Virus record (IMG/VR): IMGVR_UViG_3300048848_000239
Coordinates: 1-42,918 of that record
Source of the DNA: a virus
Lineage: Duplodnaviria; Caudoviricetes
Length of the DNA: 42,918 nt
Reading direction: 5' to 3' (one strand)
Shown: positions 9,501 to 18,336 of the stretch, piece by piece
Numbering within the stretch: position 1 is the first letter of the stretch
Layout: each line of letters begins with the position of its first letter
The notes under the pieces: generated by a model
What the model was told of the DNA's origin: nothing
What the model saw: only the letters and a program-made list of their open reading frames with translations
Database searches by the model: none
Translations under genes and position numbers: made by a program

Positions 9501-12352
9501 GCGAGGATCAATTGCCGCGCTGAGATCGCGTTCGCGGCGATCTTGTCGGCAACCACGGCATTGGCCTGCAGCTTCGGCGTCGAGATCGCGTCATCGGCGA
9601 TCTTCGTGTTCGTCACTGCATTGGTAGCCAGTTTGTTCGCATCGACGGCGAGCGCCGCCAGCTTCGCGTTCGTGATGGCGAGATCAGAGATCTGCGACGA
9701 GACCAACTGCCCCGTGATGTCGATCGACGGTACGGCAGACGTGAACGCCGAGCCCACGTACCGATAGAGCTTTCCGTCGGTCGTGAGGATGACGGTCCTG
9801 CCCTGGACATTCCCTGTCGTCGGAAGAGCCGAGACCGCCTCGACCGGGCGGATGCCCGAAGCGAACTTCGTGGCGTCAATCGCCGCAGCGGCCAGCTTCT
9901 GCGCCGTGATGGCCGCATCAGCGATCTGCGAGCTGACGATCGTGCCGGAGATCTCCACGGACGGAACGGACGCCGAGTAGGCACCGTTCGTCCAGCGATA
10001 GAGCTTGCCGTCGATAGTGATGATCTCTTGCGTCTTCGTCGTCGGGACAACCGTTCCCTCAACAACGCCGATCGGCTGGATGCCCGAGGCGAACTTCGTG
10101 GCATCGACGGCCTGGGCGGCGAGCTTGTCGCGTTCGATCGCGCCATCGGCGACCTTCGAGGCGATAACAGCACCGTCCTGGATCTTGGAAATCGTGACAG
10201 CGGCGTCGGCAAGCTTTGCCGCGATCACCGCGCCGTCGGAGATCAGCAAGGACGTCACCGCAGCCAGAGCGATCTTGGCTGTCGTCACCGCTTGGTTGGC
10301 GAGCTTGACGCCGGTCACCGCCTCGTCGGCGATCTTGGATGCTGAGATCGCGGCCTCGGCGATCTTCTGTTGCGTCACGGCATTGTCGATCAGGTCCTTT
10401 GACGAGAACCCGATATCCGGCGTCGTCAACGGGATCCAGGCCGAGTCATCCGTTTTGCGCGACGAATACGGAACGAGCTTTCCCTGCACCTCGTATTCAG
10501 TCGCTGGCCAGAGCCACATGCCGGTGAGGATCCACTCGCTCGATGTCGCGGAATAGGGGAACTGGTCGCTTTCGAACACGACCGCGCCAGTGGCTTTCAG
10601 CCTGACACGAACAAGCACCCGTGCAACGTCCGCGAGATTGGCAGCGCAGGACACGATAATGACCGGGCGTCGGGCTTGGCCGTCCGGATCGGTCATGATG
10701 TCGGCGCGTGCATCCCAGCCCGTCATAGGCTGGACCGGCACATCAATACGGCCGATCCAGCCGCTCGACGTGACCTGTTGCATGTCACGGACCCAATCAT
10801 AGTCGGTCGGGTCGATCTCCTGCAGGGTCACGATCTGGTTCATGTCCATCTGGCCGCGCCGCTCGGTCACCAGAAAGCGCTTGTTCACATAGCCGTTGTG
10901 TTGGGACGTCCAGGAGACGACATCGATGCCGGCCTCAAGAACATAGGCCATCGGCGGCATGGGGACCTGATGACGCCGGAAGCGCCGGGCCTCGGCGAGG
11001 ATCGCGCGCATCAGTTGCTGGACCTGCCGATTGTGCGAGGTCGCGCCAAACGAGATGTCGGCCAGATTGCGCTTGCCGTCGAGCGCCTCGAACGCATCGC
11101 TGCGGACGACCGGTGCATCCTTGGCGACCCATGCCTCTTCCGGGTTCGGATATTTGCCGGTCACACCGTTGATGGTGAGGTCCACGGACGGAAACGGATC
11201 AAAACCCGAGGGTTCGGAGATGAGCGTATCCGCGTCGGTGAAGCCGAATACGGGTGCACCGAAGATGCCGTTCTTCATTTTGAAGACGCCACCCTGATCC
11301 GTCAGTCGGCCGTTCTGGGCTTTGCGAAGCTCCTCGATCACGGTGAGCGGCACCATGTCGCCGGTGATCTCGTAGCCGCCGCGCCATTGCGGTTCGGTTG
11401 AACCATCGGCGCGCTCGACCAGGCGCCCGGCTTCCTGACAGGCCGCAATCCAGTTGGACGACGGAAGGCGACGAGCATCAACCTTCTGGCCGCCGTAGAA
11501 CCATTCGCCCTTGTAGCGAAGGCCGCGCAGGACGTTGTAGGTCATCACCGCGAGGTTATAGGACGGCTCGTGGGTGCTCGGATCATCCCAGCGATGGGCA
11601 CCGTTGCCACCATTCGTGCTGTCTTTGCGGATGTCATAAAGCGGCAGTGGCGCCGGCTCGAACAGGACCTTCGGCTGCCCTTTGAAGTAATCGCGCTCCC
11701 AGCGATACGTCATGATGGCATAGGGAATGCCGCGACCAATCATGGTGGCGTCCCATGGCCGCTTCTTGTCATCCTTGAACGTCTTCAGAAGGAAGGGGTC
11801 AGTGACCGTCTGCGAGCCGTTGTAGAACTTCACCCAACAGTAATCGTGAACGGTGCCTTCAGTGTCGCGATATTCCTTCAGTGGATAGCCACGGCCGAAC
11901 ACTGTGTCCGGCTCGTTCCAGAGGATCGTGCACTTCTCACCTTCGATCCAAATACCGTCGAGCCCAGAGAGCGGGATGGTGCCCAGCTCATAGACTTCGG
12001 TCAGATAGGTGTTCGGGGTGTCACCGTCATAGTTGCCCCAGGTGCCCACATACTTACGCTTGCCGCGCGTAGCGTACTGGCCGATCGTGGTCGAAACCGG
12101 CTGATCATCCCCAACATCCGCCTGGATCTTCGCGCCAACGGGCGGCGGCGCATCCGGCGCTGTCGCCATGGAATAGAGTGTGGTGGCCGCAGCCAGCGCC
12201 AGACTGACAACGGCGTTGACGATCCCGGTCCCGGTCGCCACGGCGCTGAACACTGCAACGGCCGCGCCGATCAGAGGACCGGCTGCAGCGGGTTCCGGGT
12301 TGCAAAGAAGGATGGTAAGCGCCGTGGAGGCGAGAGCGACTGCCTTGAACAT
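6563..12352 (-). CDS. Tail tip / host-specificity protein (1929 aa) with decapeptide repeats and CBM-like domains
   Basis: N-terminal tail-tip domain (GQYATRG, PLYDIRKDST, YNLAVMTYNVLRG); many AITAxKIAA-type 10-aa repeats interrupted by three N[LM][IV]xN/D-initiated beta-sandwich-like blocks. Confidence 0.88.
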   Translation of the reverse strand: MFKAVALASTALTILLCNPEPAAAGPLIGAAVAVFSAVATGTGIVNAVVSLALAAATTLYSMATAPDAPPPVGAKIQADVGDDQPVSTTIGQYATRGKRKYVGTWGNYDGDTPNTYLTEVYELGTIPLSGLDGIWIEGEKCTILWNEPDTVFGRGYPLKEYRDTEGTVHDYCWVKFYNGSQTVTDPFLLKTFKDDKKRPWDATMIGRGIPYAIMTYRWERDYFKGQPKVLFEPAPLPLYDIRKDSTNGGNGAHRWDDPSTHEPSYNLAVMTYNVLRGLRYKGEWFYGGQKVDARRLPSSNWIAACQEAGRLVERADGSTEPQWRGGYEITGDMVPLTVIEELRKAQNGRLTDQGGVFKMKNGIFGAPVFGFTDADTLISEPSGFDPFPSVDLTINGVTGKYPNPEEAWVAKDAPVVRSDAFEALDGKRNLADISFGATSHNRQVQQLMRAILAEARRFRRHQVPMPPMAYVLEAGIDVVSWTSQHNGYVNKRFLVTERRGQMDMNQIVTLQEIDPTDYDWVRDMQQVTSSGWIGRIDVPVQPMTGWDARADIMTDPDGQARRPVIIVSCAANLADVARVLVRVRLKATGAVVFESDQFPYSATSSEWILTGMWLWPATEYEVQGKLVPYSSRKTDDSAWIPLTTPDIGFSSKDLIDNAVTQQKIAEAAISASKIADEAVTGVKLANQAVTTAKIALAAVTSLLISDGAVIAAKLADAAVTISKIQDGAVIASKVADGAIERDKLAAQAVDATKFASGIQPIGVVEGTVVPTTKTQEIITIDGKLYRWTNGAYSASVPSVEISGTIVSSQIADAAITAQKLAAAAIDATKFASGIRPVEAVSALPTTGNVQGRTVILTTDGKLYRYVGSAFTSAVPSIDITGQLVSSQISDLAITNAKLAALAVDANKLATNAVTNTKIADDAISTPKLQANAVVADKIAANAISARQLILADFENFIQDGQFEQGSTPDLWNMSVPWNGFASLGTSPAAWLWTGDTKTGRYSLILDNGKAGGSGGTISINMITKDYIPITSLDWLSWEAVIRTTDGSSPAGFYYRIFWFDRTKTALPGNQFTDVQGNQPIPSSWEKRSGKIQVPDNAAYCQIQIYHHSTSTTRYLIIDRLSLRKAEGAKLVVDGSISTVHLAADSITTDKIAANAVTAAEIAANAITAGKIAAGAVAADQIAANAITAAKIAAGAISADKLAVGTGRNMIPNSDLRAGTTGWQANVSGGDWGNPILEMRTDQFGVAGTGSLQVLQRGAQVNDQFADVSPIDPATKQIMRFPVKAGGNYEISIYAFGHRSSYVRAYVDWRDRNNNNLGYGWYDGPSHQNFDPQGQLSNYLRIGGRLNPAPAGTAFAYVFFRCWGHSAAYGVDSYTWLALPYFGECNPNQTELSPWGPAGVTLIDAGNIVTNAITSDKIAASAITAGKLAAGAVTAGTIAANAVTAGTIAVGAVSADQIAANAITAVKIAGGTITGDKLAVRTISADSLLAATITGYEIKADTITGSHIAALTITANELAANSVVAGKLAANAVTAGTIAANAISAINIQGSTITGDKLQGATISGDKLQANTLGAREIAAGSISAKQLVITDFSNLVPDNQMTSTEAWVGTIPGWIVWGDHGLFQSYNGMQFGAGPWGSGGYTNCQSRSFPVKGATSYRFTGAIYSNSNYNAFIRVLWLDANGALAGYYDHASTGNRGAGGTGLQTVNLVSPANAATSIIELFVQRNNTAGPVFFGSIGAFERNAGELIVDGAIKAAQIAADAITTAMLQAGSVTTDKLVVGGVSYDKLAARATGYLGVSANPDAFTITTAFQARVSADVTKPSQDGLEVVASFRVRCTNLGGATSASVQFRLREYLNGAYTSDVEYGKVYFTDTSQDVNDVISAYLIHMKPAGPSGNYSYALEIKKNTAASDFTIGVGRIGVKLGTKTG

Positions 12353-12777
12353 CAGCCCACCCGAAAGGCGCGAACCGCCTTCTCCCGATCGACGGTCGCC
12401 AGTCCGTGTTCACCCATGACCCATATGCGATCGAAGTCGAAGACGCCGAGCACATGGCGGAACGGCGTATCGGTCGGGATCGCGGCGATATCACCCGTCT
12501 GCGCTTCCACCGGATGATCGTATTCGGGAAGAAGCGAGGCAGCGAAGTCGGCGAGATCTTCGAACCCTGCCTTGCGCATGAGGCGATAGGCCGAGATCGC
12601 GTCGTGATAGTCGCTTCGATCGGGCACGGGCAGCGCCGCGCCCGTGATGGCACTCGTTGAGGCTATGGCAAGCTGTCCGCAATCGTTCTGCGCCCAGGCA
12701 AACGGTTTGCGGCGGATGTCATCGAACACATCGCAGAATGGTCCGATCCAGAGGTCGCGGCGCTTCAGCTCGATCAT
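12352..12777 (-). CDS. Tail assembly protein, NlpC/P60-like (DUF6950-type)
   Basis: RKPFAWAQNDC and AQTGDIAAI motifs; true start is the ATG at 12777 (ATGA overlap), not 13356. Confidence 0.8.
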   Translation of the reverse strand: MIELKRRDLWIGPFCDVFDDIRRKPFAWAQNDCGQLAIASTSAITGAALPVPDRSDYHDAISAYRLMRKAGFEDLADFAASLLPEYDHPVEAQTGDIAAIPTDTPFRHVLGVFDFDRIWVMGEHGLATVDREKAVRAFRVG

Positions 12778-13424
12778 TCTTCGCCCCACGGTTCGATCCA
12801 GTTGGTCACGGAGCCGGCATATTTGCCGAAGTTGTCGACCTCGCCGTTCGGCCCCTTGCGCTTCTTCTGCTCCTCCGCGCTCGACTTGGCAGGGTTCGGC
12901 CGGGTGAGGTTCACCATGGCGTCGTTGACGAGCCGGATCTCCAGCACCTCGCCGCCGGCATCCTCTCCCGCCTCCTGGACGCTCGCGCCGTCGATCACGC
13001 CGAGGTAGTCGTTCTCCGGCATCGAGACGAGCTGGCGCGTTGTCGGATGGAGAAGCCCGATCCAGATCTCCAGCGAGCCGGCGCGACAGTCGAGGCCGCG
13101 CGCCATGTCTTCGACGGCATCGTTGAGCATGGTCATGGAAACGGTGCGGGTGTTGACCTCCAACGTCGAGGTGCTGAGGCTCTCGCCGACATCTAGATCC
13201 ACCTGCCCCTGGAAGGTGCGCGTATAGACCGCGCCGTCGATCAGCGACCGGACCTCGACCGTCACCGGCCGATCGCCCGACCAGAAGTTCTTGGTCTCTA
13301 GCGTCGTGTTGCCGTTCGCGTCCGGATACGTCCGTGCGATCACCGATATGAACCACCGCGGCACGATCCCGTCAAAGGGCGCGTTTTGCAGCATGGCGAA
13401 GAAGGAAGGTTCGACGGTCTTCAT
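12774..13424 (-). CDS. Minor tail (hub/gpL-like) protein
   Basis: Lies between the distal tail and NlpC-like genes; FWSGD, GVIDG and SSAEEQKKR...DNFGKY..WG pattern. Confidence 0.7.
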   Translation of the reverse strand: MKTVEPSFFAMLQNAPFDGIVPRWFISVIARTYPDANGNTTLETKNFWSGDRPVTVEVRSLIDGAVYTRTFQGQVDLDVGESLSTSTLEVNTRTVSMTMLNDAVEDMARGLDCRAGSLEIWIGLLHPTTRQLVSMPENDYLGVIDGASVQEAGEDAGGEVLEIRLVNDAMVNLTRPNPAKSSAEEQKKRKGPNGEVDNFGKYAGSVTNWIEPWGEE

Positions 13425-14074
13425 GGCTTTTCGATCGCGGTAAAACCGGCGCCTTCCGTGAGGTGGCGGCGCGCGCGGCCGGGCATGTGGCTGTCGGGCA
13501 TGATCACCATGCGGCAGGCGGGCTTGGCAAAGTTCGTGATGGCGTTCACGGCAAGGCCGTCCGGCACATTCGGGAAAACACTGAGTGCCGGCGTGACGCC
13601 GTCGCCGCCGGCGACACCGCCTTCGGAGATCTCAAGGAACGCGTACTGGACCGGGTTGCTGCCCCAGGACACCTGGAACTTGTCGGCGATCGTCAGCACG
13701 TAGCCGGCGGGCAAGCCCTTGAAGCTGATCGAGCGCCGGTCATTGCCGATCGTGTTGATCTGGACAAGGCTGCTACCGAGAACGAGGCCGCGCGGATCTC
13801 GCTGCGGATAAGGCGACAGCGGATCGAACAGCCAGAACGTCTCCTGGGCACCGCGCAGCGCGCGGATCTGAGCCGCGTATTGCTTCATCTCGCCGCTCGA
13901 TCGCCGGTCGAGTTCAACGACCGCGCGCCAAAGCGGGTCGGCTAGCTCGCTCTGCCAGATCCGGCCGCTGCCCTGACCGGACAGGCTGTCACGGCGCTTG
14001 ATGCCCCATTCGACACTGGAAATCGGAAGGCGATCAGCAAAGAACGGCAGGCTGTAGGGGAATGTCAGGGTCAT
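13421..14074 (-). CDS. Distal tail protein
   Basis: Directly after the tape measure; ELADPLWRA, LRGAQETFWLFDP and FKGLPAGYVLT pattern. Confidence 0.72.
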   Translation of the reverse strand: MTLTFPYSLPFFADRLPISSVEWGIKRRDSLSGQGSGRIWQSELADPLWRAVVELDRRSSGEMKQYAAQIRALRGAQETFWLFDPLSPYPQRDPRGLVLGSSLVQINTIGNDRRSISFKGLPAGYVLTIADKFQVSWGSNPVQYAFLEISEGGVAGGDGVTPALSVFPNVPDGLAVNAITNFAKPACRMVIMPDSHMPGRARRHLTEGAGFTAIEKP

Positions 14075-17000
14075 TGGCCCCTCACAAGCGGACGCTTCTT
14101 GATTTGGGCAACGCGTGTTGGCAGGTTCTTGTCATAGGCGCGAAGCCCCTTCGACACACCACGATCGACGGCCTCCTCGATGTCGCGGTCGCCGCGCGGG
14201 TTTTCGACGTTGACGATGATGTCGCCTCTGTTCGCCGCATGATGTCCGTTGATGGCAAACATCGGGTCGCTCGTTGCCCTGGTCGGGTAGACCGGCGCTG
14301 GTGCGGAGATGCGCGGCACAGACATGCTGGACCGCGAGCTGCGGCCGGCGTTGAGGTTTTCCAAAAGCTCGCGCACGCCGGGCTTTGCCACAACGCTCGC
14401 CTTGACCACATATTCCTGACCATGGACATAGCCGGCGATGGCATCGCGAGCGCCGTCGCCCGTCCAGCCGCCGGTGTCATAGAGGCCCTTTCCGGGGTTG
14501 CTTACAGCGAAGTTCGCTTGGGCGCCGTTGGGGATGAAGTTCGGCAGGAACGCTGTCAGAAGCGAGGAAAAGAACCCACCTCCACCGCCGCCGGACGGTG
14601 CTGCCGGAAACATATTGGCGAGGTTTTGTCCGGCCTGACCGAGACCCTCTCCAAGGCCACTCAGACCTTTGACGGCGGTAGACGATGCGCCTTCTAGACC
14701 ACCAATGGTCTTGCTGGCGGTCTGGCCGGCTGTCGCAAGCTTTTCCAACGCCTTGGACGCGGTGTCGTCGATGCCCTTGCTCTCCGCGCCGGGCCATAGC
14801 GACCGCTGCGCAGAATTCAGGCCACCTTCCCACGAGCCCCCGCCCATGCCGACTTTGTTGCCGGCAAGGTCGAAATGCATGTTATCGACGGCGCCATACT
14901 TGCCTTTGCCACCGGAGAAGTAACCGCCCCAGCGAAACTTGTCTGCCAATTCGGGGTAGTCTCGCATCTGCACAGCGCGTGCCGACTGCGCAAACTGCTC
15001 GTAGCTCCGGAAGCTCGCGGCGTCCTGGTAGTTTCCGAGCTTCCGGCCGGACATAAGATCGGTCAGGCTGACGTCAGTTGCGATCCCCTGCCCGTGGAAC
15101 CGGGGATCGCCGGCACGGAAGCCCGATATAGCATCGACCTTGAACTGTGGGGATGCGAGCGCCGCCTTGTTGAGGATGTCGGTCAAACGAGCATCGACAC
15201 CAGACTTGTAGTTTCCGACCATGGAGAGGGTCGAGCCGAGGACCGAGCGCGTGACAGCTTCGACTGGCGCGGCAAAGGATTGAGCACTGGCAGCCGGCGT
15301 GTTCTGATTGGCCGCGACTGGCGCACCCTTCATGAGGCGCCCGATCACGTCCGACAGCTCTGTGCGATCGCCACCCAGCAGCATGTTCTTGATCGAGTTT
15401 GTGCCCAGGTCCTGGAAGAACTTGCCGACGTCCCCGAGAAGGCCTTTCAAAGCCCCTTTGAAGTCTCCTTTAAGCAGCGAGCCGAAGATGTTGTCGATCG
15501 CGCTTTCGCCGGCAGAACTCACCATATCCCAGGCGGCTTTCTGCTTGGCGAGTTCCGTGGTCATCTGGCCGATGAGCCGCGACTTCTCGCGCAGCTGGTC
15601 CGCCTCCGTGCTGTTGCGGCTGATGCCGAGTTCCCGGATTTTGTTTTCGGTTTCGAGCTGCCGCATCGCCTCGGCGCGTGCGGATTGGCTCATGGTCACA
15701 AGGCCAAGCTCGGAGCGGAGCTTCTCCAGCTCTGTGTCCTGTTCACGTAGCGCCTTCTGAGCGGCCATCTGTTCGGCCAGCTGGCCATAGGCAGCAGCCT
15801 TCTCGCGGATCAGCGCCAGCTCTTTTTCGTCAACGGCCGTCCCGTTGCGGGCGGCTTCAGCCTTCAGCTCGGAGGTCAACTGGAACTGGAGCCGTAGCCG
15901 TTCCTGCTCGCTGACGGTCTTTCCGATCAGGCTGGCTTCAAGCTGCTGGCGCTCGATCGACGTCTGCAGCGCGGTGTCTCTGGAGCGTCGTGCATCGGCA
16001 AGCTGCTTTTCAGCACCGAGGAGTTCAAGGGTACCTGCTCGCTCAATGCGCTGACGACGGGTCTCTGGAGTTTCGGTGTCATTGTATTCGGCCGAAGCCG
16101 ATTGCCGTGCAGCCGCAGATCGCTCCTGCGGAGATTTGGCGCGCATCCGGGCAAGCTCGGCCTCGTACGCTTCGCGTTCACGCTTGCGCTGCACCTCTTG
16201 CTGCTGCTGGTAAAGGGCGAGGTTGCCCATGTCCTCACGGTTGGTTGTTCCGCGCGACAGCAGCAGGCCGTTCGGGCCGCGATCATTGAACAGCTTGACG
16301 CGTTCCTGCTCAGCCTGCCGCAAAGCCTCGGCAAGATCCCGGTATGGCTGGATTGCCTCAAGTGCATCGGCCGCCAACTGACGGATGCCGGCATTGTTTG
16401 AGGTAGAGCCGATGCGTTCAAGGTTTTCCGCAAGCCTCAGGACATCGGGACTGCCCGTAATCGTCGCCGCATGGAGAGCGTCGAAATCGGCCTTCAGAGT
16501 TTTGAAGATATCTGTCTCGCGAAATTCTGGAGCGGACAGACCGATCGCGCTGTCGTTCTTGTCCTTTGCCTTTGCTATGGCATCGCCGAGCGACTGGTCC
16601 TTGACGCTGTCACGCAGGCGCTTCTGCAGATCAAAGATACTGTTCTGAAGGCCAAAGGTCGCCGCCTGTGTGCTGACACGGCCGTAACGGCTGCTCTTGT
16701 CAGCAGCCTCGCCCCAAAGGTCCCGAACGCGCTTGATCGCTTCGGACTGCTCTTTCAGCACGTCCTCGACCGTCTTGCTCTCCTTTGCCGCCGATCCGAA
16801 ATACTGGATCAACGCTGCGGCGCCGGCGACAGCGGCGATCGTCACCAGCGAGATCGGGCTCAAGAGCGACGTGAACGCTGCAACAAGACCCGCAACCGGA
16901 CGGTCCATGCTGGCCAGAACAGACGAGAGCTGTGTTCCCTGCTGAAGCGCGATCTGCAGGGGCGACATGCCCATGGCAGCGGTCACGCCGATGTCTTGGA

Positions 17001-17484
17001 ACTGCGCCGCGATGTTGGCCGTGTTAAAGTTCTGCGGTGCGTTTTGGTTGGCAGCCGCCTGCTTCAGCTCAGTCGACCGGTCACGAAGCGCATCAACCGA
17101 CCGGAGCGCCGTTTGACGCTGCTGCTCCATGGCAGAGGTCATCTCTTTCGTGGACAGGATCCCGGCGGCATGCGCTGCCTGGATACCGGCGACCTCCTGT
17201 TTGTAAGTGCGCATCGTCGCATAGAGCGGGTTGTATCGCGCGCGCAGATCATCGAGCGCACGCCCCTCATTGCCGAGCGCCTTGACCCGCTCGGCATAAA
17301 CGTTGCGATCGGCAGCAGTCCCGAGACCAGCGGCAGCCTGTTCGAGCTTGTCGAGTTTGGATGATGTCTGGTCGGCCGCCGTACCGATCGAGGCGACAGC
17401 CGCGACAGCGACCTGGCCGCCCTGGACGGCGGGCCCGGCATCGAGATCGATGCGTCCGGAGATCCTAAGAGGCGACGCCATCAC
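14071..17484 (-). CDS. Tail tape measure protein with internal peptidase M15-like domain
   Basis: 1137 aa, Ala/Gln-rich; lambda-type TMP motif NIAAQFQDIGVT...ALQQGTQL; C-terminal GGWTGDG...AGYVHGQEYV. Confidence 0.92.
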   Translation of the reverse strand: MMASPLRISGRIDLDAGPAVQGGQVAVAAVASIGTAADQTSSKLDKLEQAAAGLGTAADRNVYAERVKALGNEGRALDDLRARYNPLYATMRTYKQEVAGIQAAHAAGILSTKEMTSAMEQQRQTALRSVDALRDRSTELKQAAANQNAPQNFNTANIAAQFQDIGVTAAMGMSPLQIALQQGTQLSSVLASMDRPVAGLVAAFTSLLSPISLVTIAAVAGAAALIQYFGSAAKESKTVEDVLKEQSEAIKRVRDLWGEAADKSSRYGRVSTQAATFGLQNSIFDLQKRLRDSVKDQSLGDAIAKAKDKNDSAIGLSAPEFRETDIFKTLKADFDALHAATITGSPDVLRLAENLERIGSTSNNAGIRQLAADALEAIQPYRDLAEALRQAEQERVKLFNDRGPNGLLLSRGTTNREDMGNLALYQQQQEVQRKREREAYEAELARMRAKSPQERSAAARQSASAEYNDTETPETRRQRIERAGTLELLGAEKQLADARRSRDTALQTSIERQQLEASLIGKTVSEQERLRLQFQLTSELKAEAARNGTAVDEKELALIREKAAAYGQLAEQMAAQKALREQDTELEKLRSELGLVTMSQSARAEAMRQLETENKIRELGISRNSTEADQLREKSRLIGQMTTELAKQKAAWDMVSSAGESAIDNIFGSLLKGDFKGALKGLLGDVGKFFQDLGTNSIKNMLLGGDRTELSDVIGRLMKGAPVAANQNTPAASAQSFAAPVEAVTRSVLGSTLSMVGNYKSGVDARLTDILNKAALASPQFKVDAISGFRAGDPRFHGQGIATDVSLTDLMSGRKLGNYQDAASFRSYEQFAQSARAVQMRDYPELADKFRWGGYFSGGKGKYGAVDNMHFDLAGNKVGMGGGSWEGGLNSAQRSLWPGAESKGIDDTASKALEKLATAGQTASKTIGGLEGASSTAVKGLSGLGEGLGQAGQNLANMFPAAPSGGGGGGFFSSLLTAFLPNFIPNGAQANFAVSNPGKGLYDTGGWTGDGARDAIAGYVHGQEYVVKASVVAKPGVRELLENLNAGRSSRSSMSVPRISAPAPVYPTRATSDPMFAINGHHAANRGDIIVNVENPRGDRDIEEAVDRGVSKGLRAYDKNLPTRVAQIKKRPLVRGQ

Positions 17485-17876
17485 TCAGCCTCGTTCAGAA
17501 TTTCGAGAGCGGCGCTCTCCATGGCCTGGATGTCGGCAAAGACCTCGGCGGACGCATCGTGGCGCTGCAGCACGATCTGGCAGGCCGTGTAGTCGAGCCC
17601 GATGAAGATCATGCCGAGCTGAAGGCCGACCACGCGCCATTGTGTCGAGCAGGCGACGAAGGCGACGAAGGCGACGAGTGATGACCAATTGCATTCCATG
17701 ATGTCGATTGCCCCTGCAGCATCTTCTTCGCCTGCTTCGTCGTCCTCGATCGCGACCTCGAACCCCAGATCGCGAAACTGCTGCTGCATCTTGTCGTCGA
17801 TGCTGGCAGCTCGGGTTTCATCCGCGCGGCCGCGCCGGGCATACGCCCAGGACCTGGCCGCGCTTGTCAGTTTCCC
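17481..17876 (-). CDS. Tail assembly chaperone GT C-terminal part (DUF1799-like), reached by -1 frameshift
   Basis: NWSSL..F..CSTQWR...GLDY...FADIQAMESAAL motif; open in the -1 frame from G GGA AAC at 17876-17870. Confidence 0.8.
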   Translation of the reverse strand, partial: GKLTSAARSWAYARRGRADETRAASIDDKMQQQFRDLGFEVAIEDDEAGEEDAAGAIDIMECNWSSLVAFVAFVACSTQWRVVGLQLGMIFIGLDYTACQIVLQRHDASAEVFADIQAMESAALEILNEAE

Positions 17877-18280
17877 AAGCGGGCTTTGCCAGTGTCGATC
17901 GCCTCGGCGTAGGCGACGTTGAGGGCATCCCGGAAGCTGTTGCGCTTGAGTGCCTGGATGAACATCTCGGTCGAGAATGGCAGGGCTTCCCCAGCCTCAT
18001 CCACAACGCCGCGCCAGTTGCGGAACACCCGGTGAAACACCTGCAGCTCATGCGCATCGAGCTTGGCGGCGACCGACTTCAGGACTTTGTCACTGACGTT
18101 GCCTTCGGCCTCTGCGAGGATCGCATCGCGCGCTGCCTGGTTGAACTTCACCACGTCCCGATCGAGGATCTCCATCTCGATTTCGAACTCGTACTCGGCA
18201 AAGGTGCCGGGCTTTTCCGGGCTGGGCTCATAGACCTTGACCGGCCACCAGGTCGTGAGCGTCTTGACCATGCGAAACAT
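17867..18280 (-). CDS. Tail assembly chaperone (gpG-like)
   Basis: WWPVKV...NWRGVVDEAGEALPFS; ends ARLGN* at the slippery site. Confidence 0.82.
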   Translation of the reverse strand: MFRMVKTLTTWWPVKVYEPSPEKPGTFAEYEFEIEMEILDRDVVKFNQAARDAILAEAEGNVSDKVLKSVAAKLDAHELQVFHRVFRNWRGVVDEAGEALPFSTEMFIQALKRNSFRDALNVAYAEAIDTGKARLGN

Positions 18281-18308
18281 CGTATTCCCCCGAAGCGATA
18301 AAGAGCGT

Positions 18309-18333
18309 TTGAAGGCCGGTTGAACCGGCTTTC
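18309..18333 (-). terminator. Hairpin after tail tube gene
   Basis: TGAAGGCCGGTT-G-AACCGGCTTTCA inverted repeat in the intergenic gap; no clear U-tract. Confidence 0.35.
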
Positions 18334-18336
18334 ACG

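Noticed and set aside
12778-13356. Long N-terminal extension of the NlpC-like tail gene (likewise 6549-6845, 22721-22927 and 41536-41664)
   Set aside because: Overlaps the upstream gene out of frame or, for ner, runs through the regulatory region; internal starts with RBS or ATGA coupling fit better.
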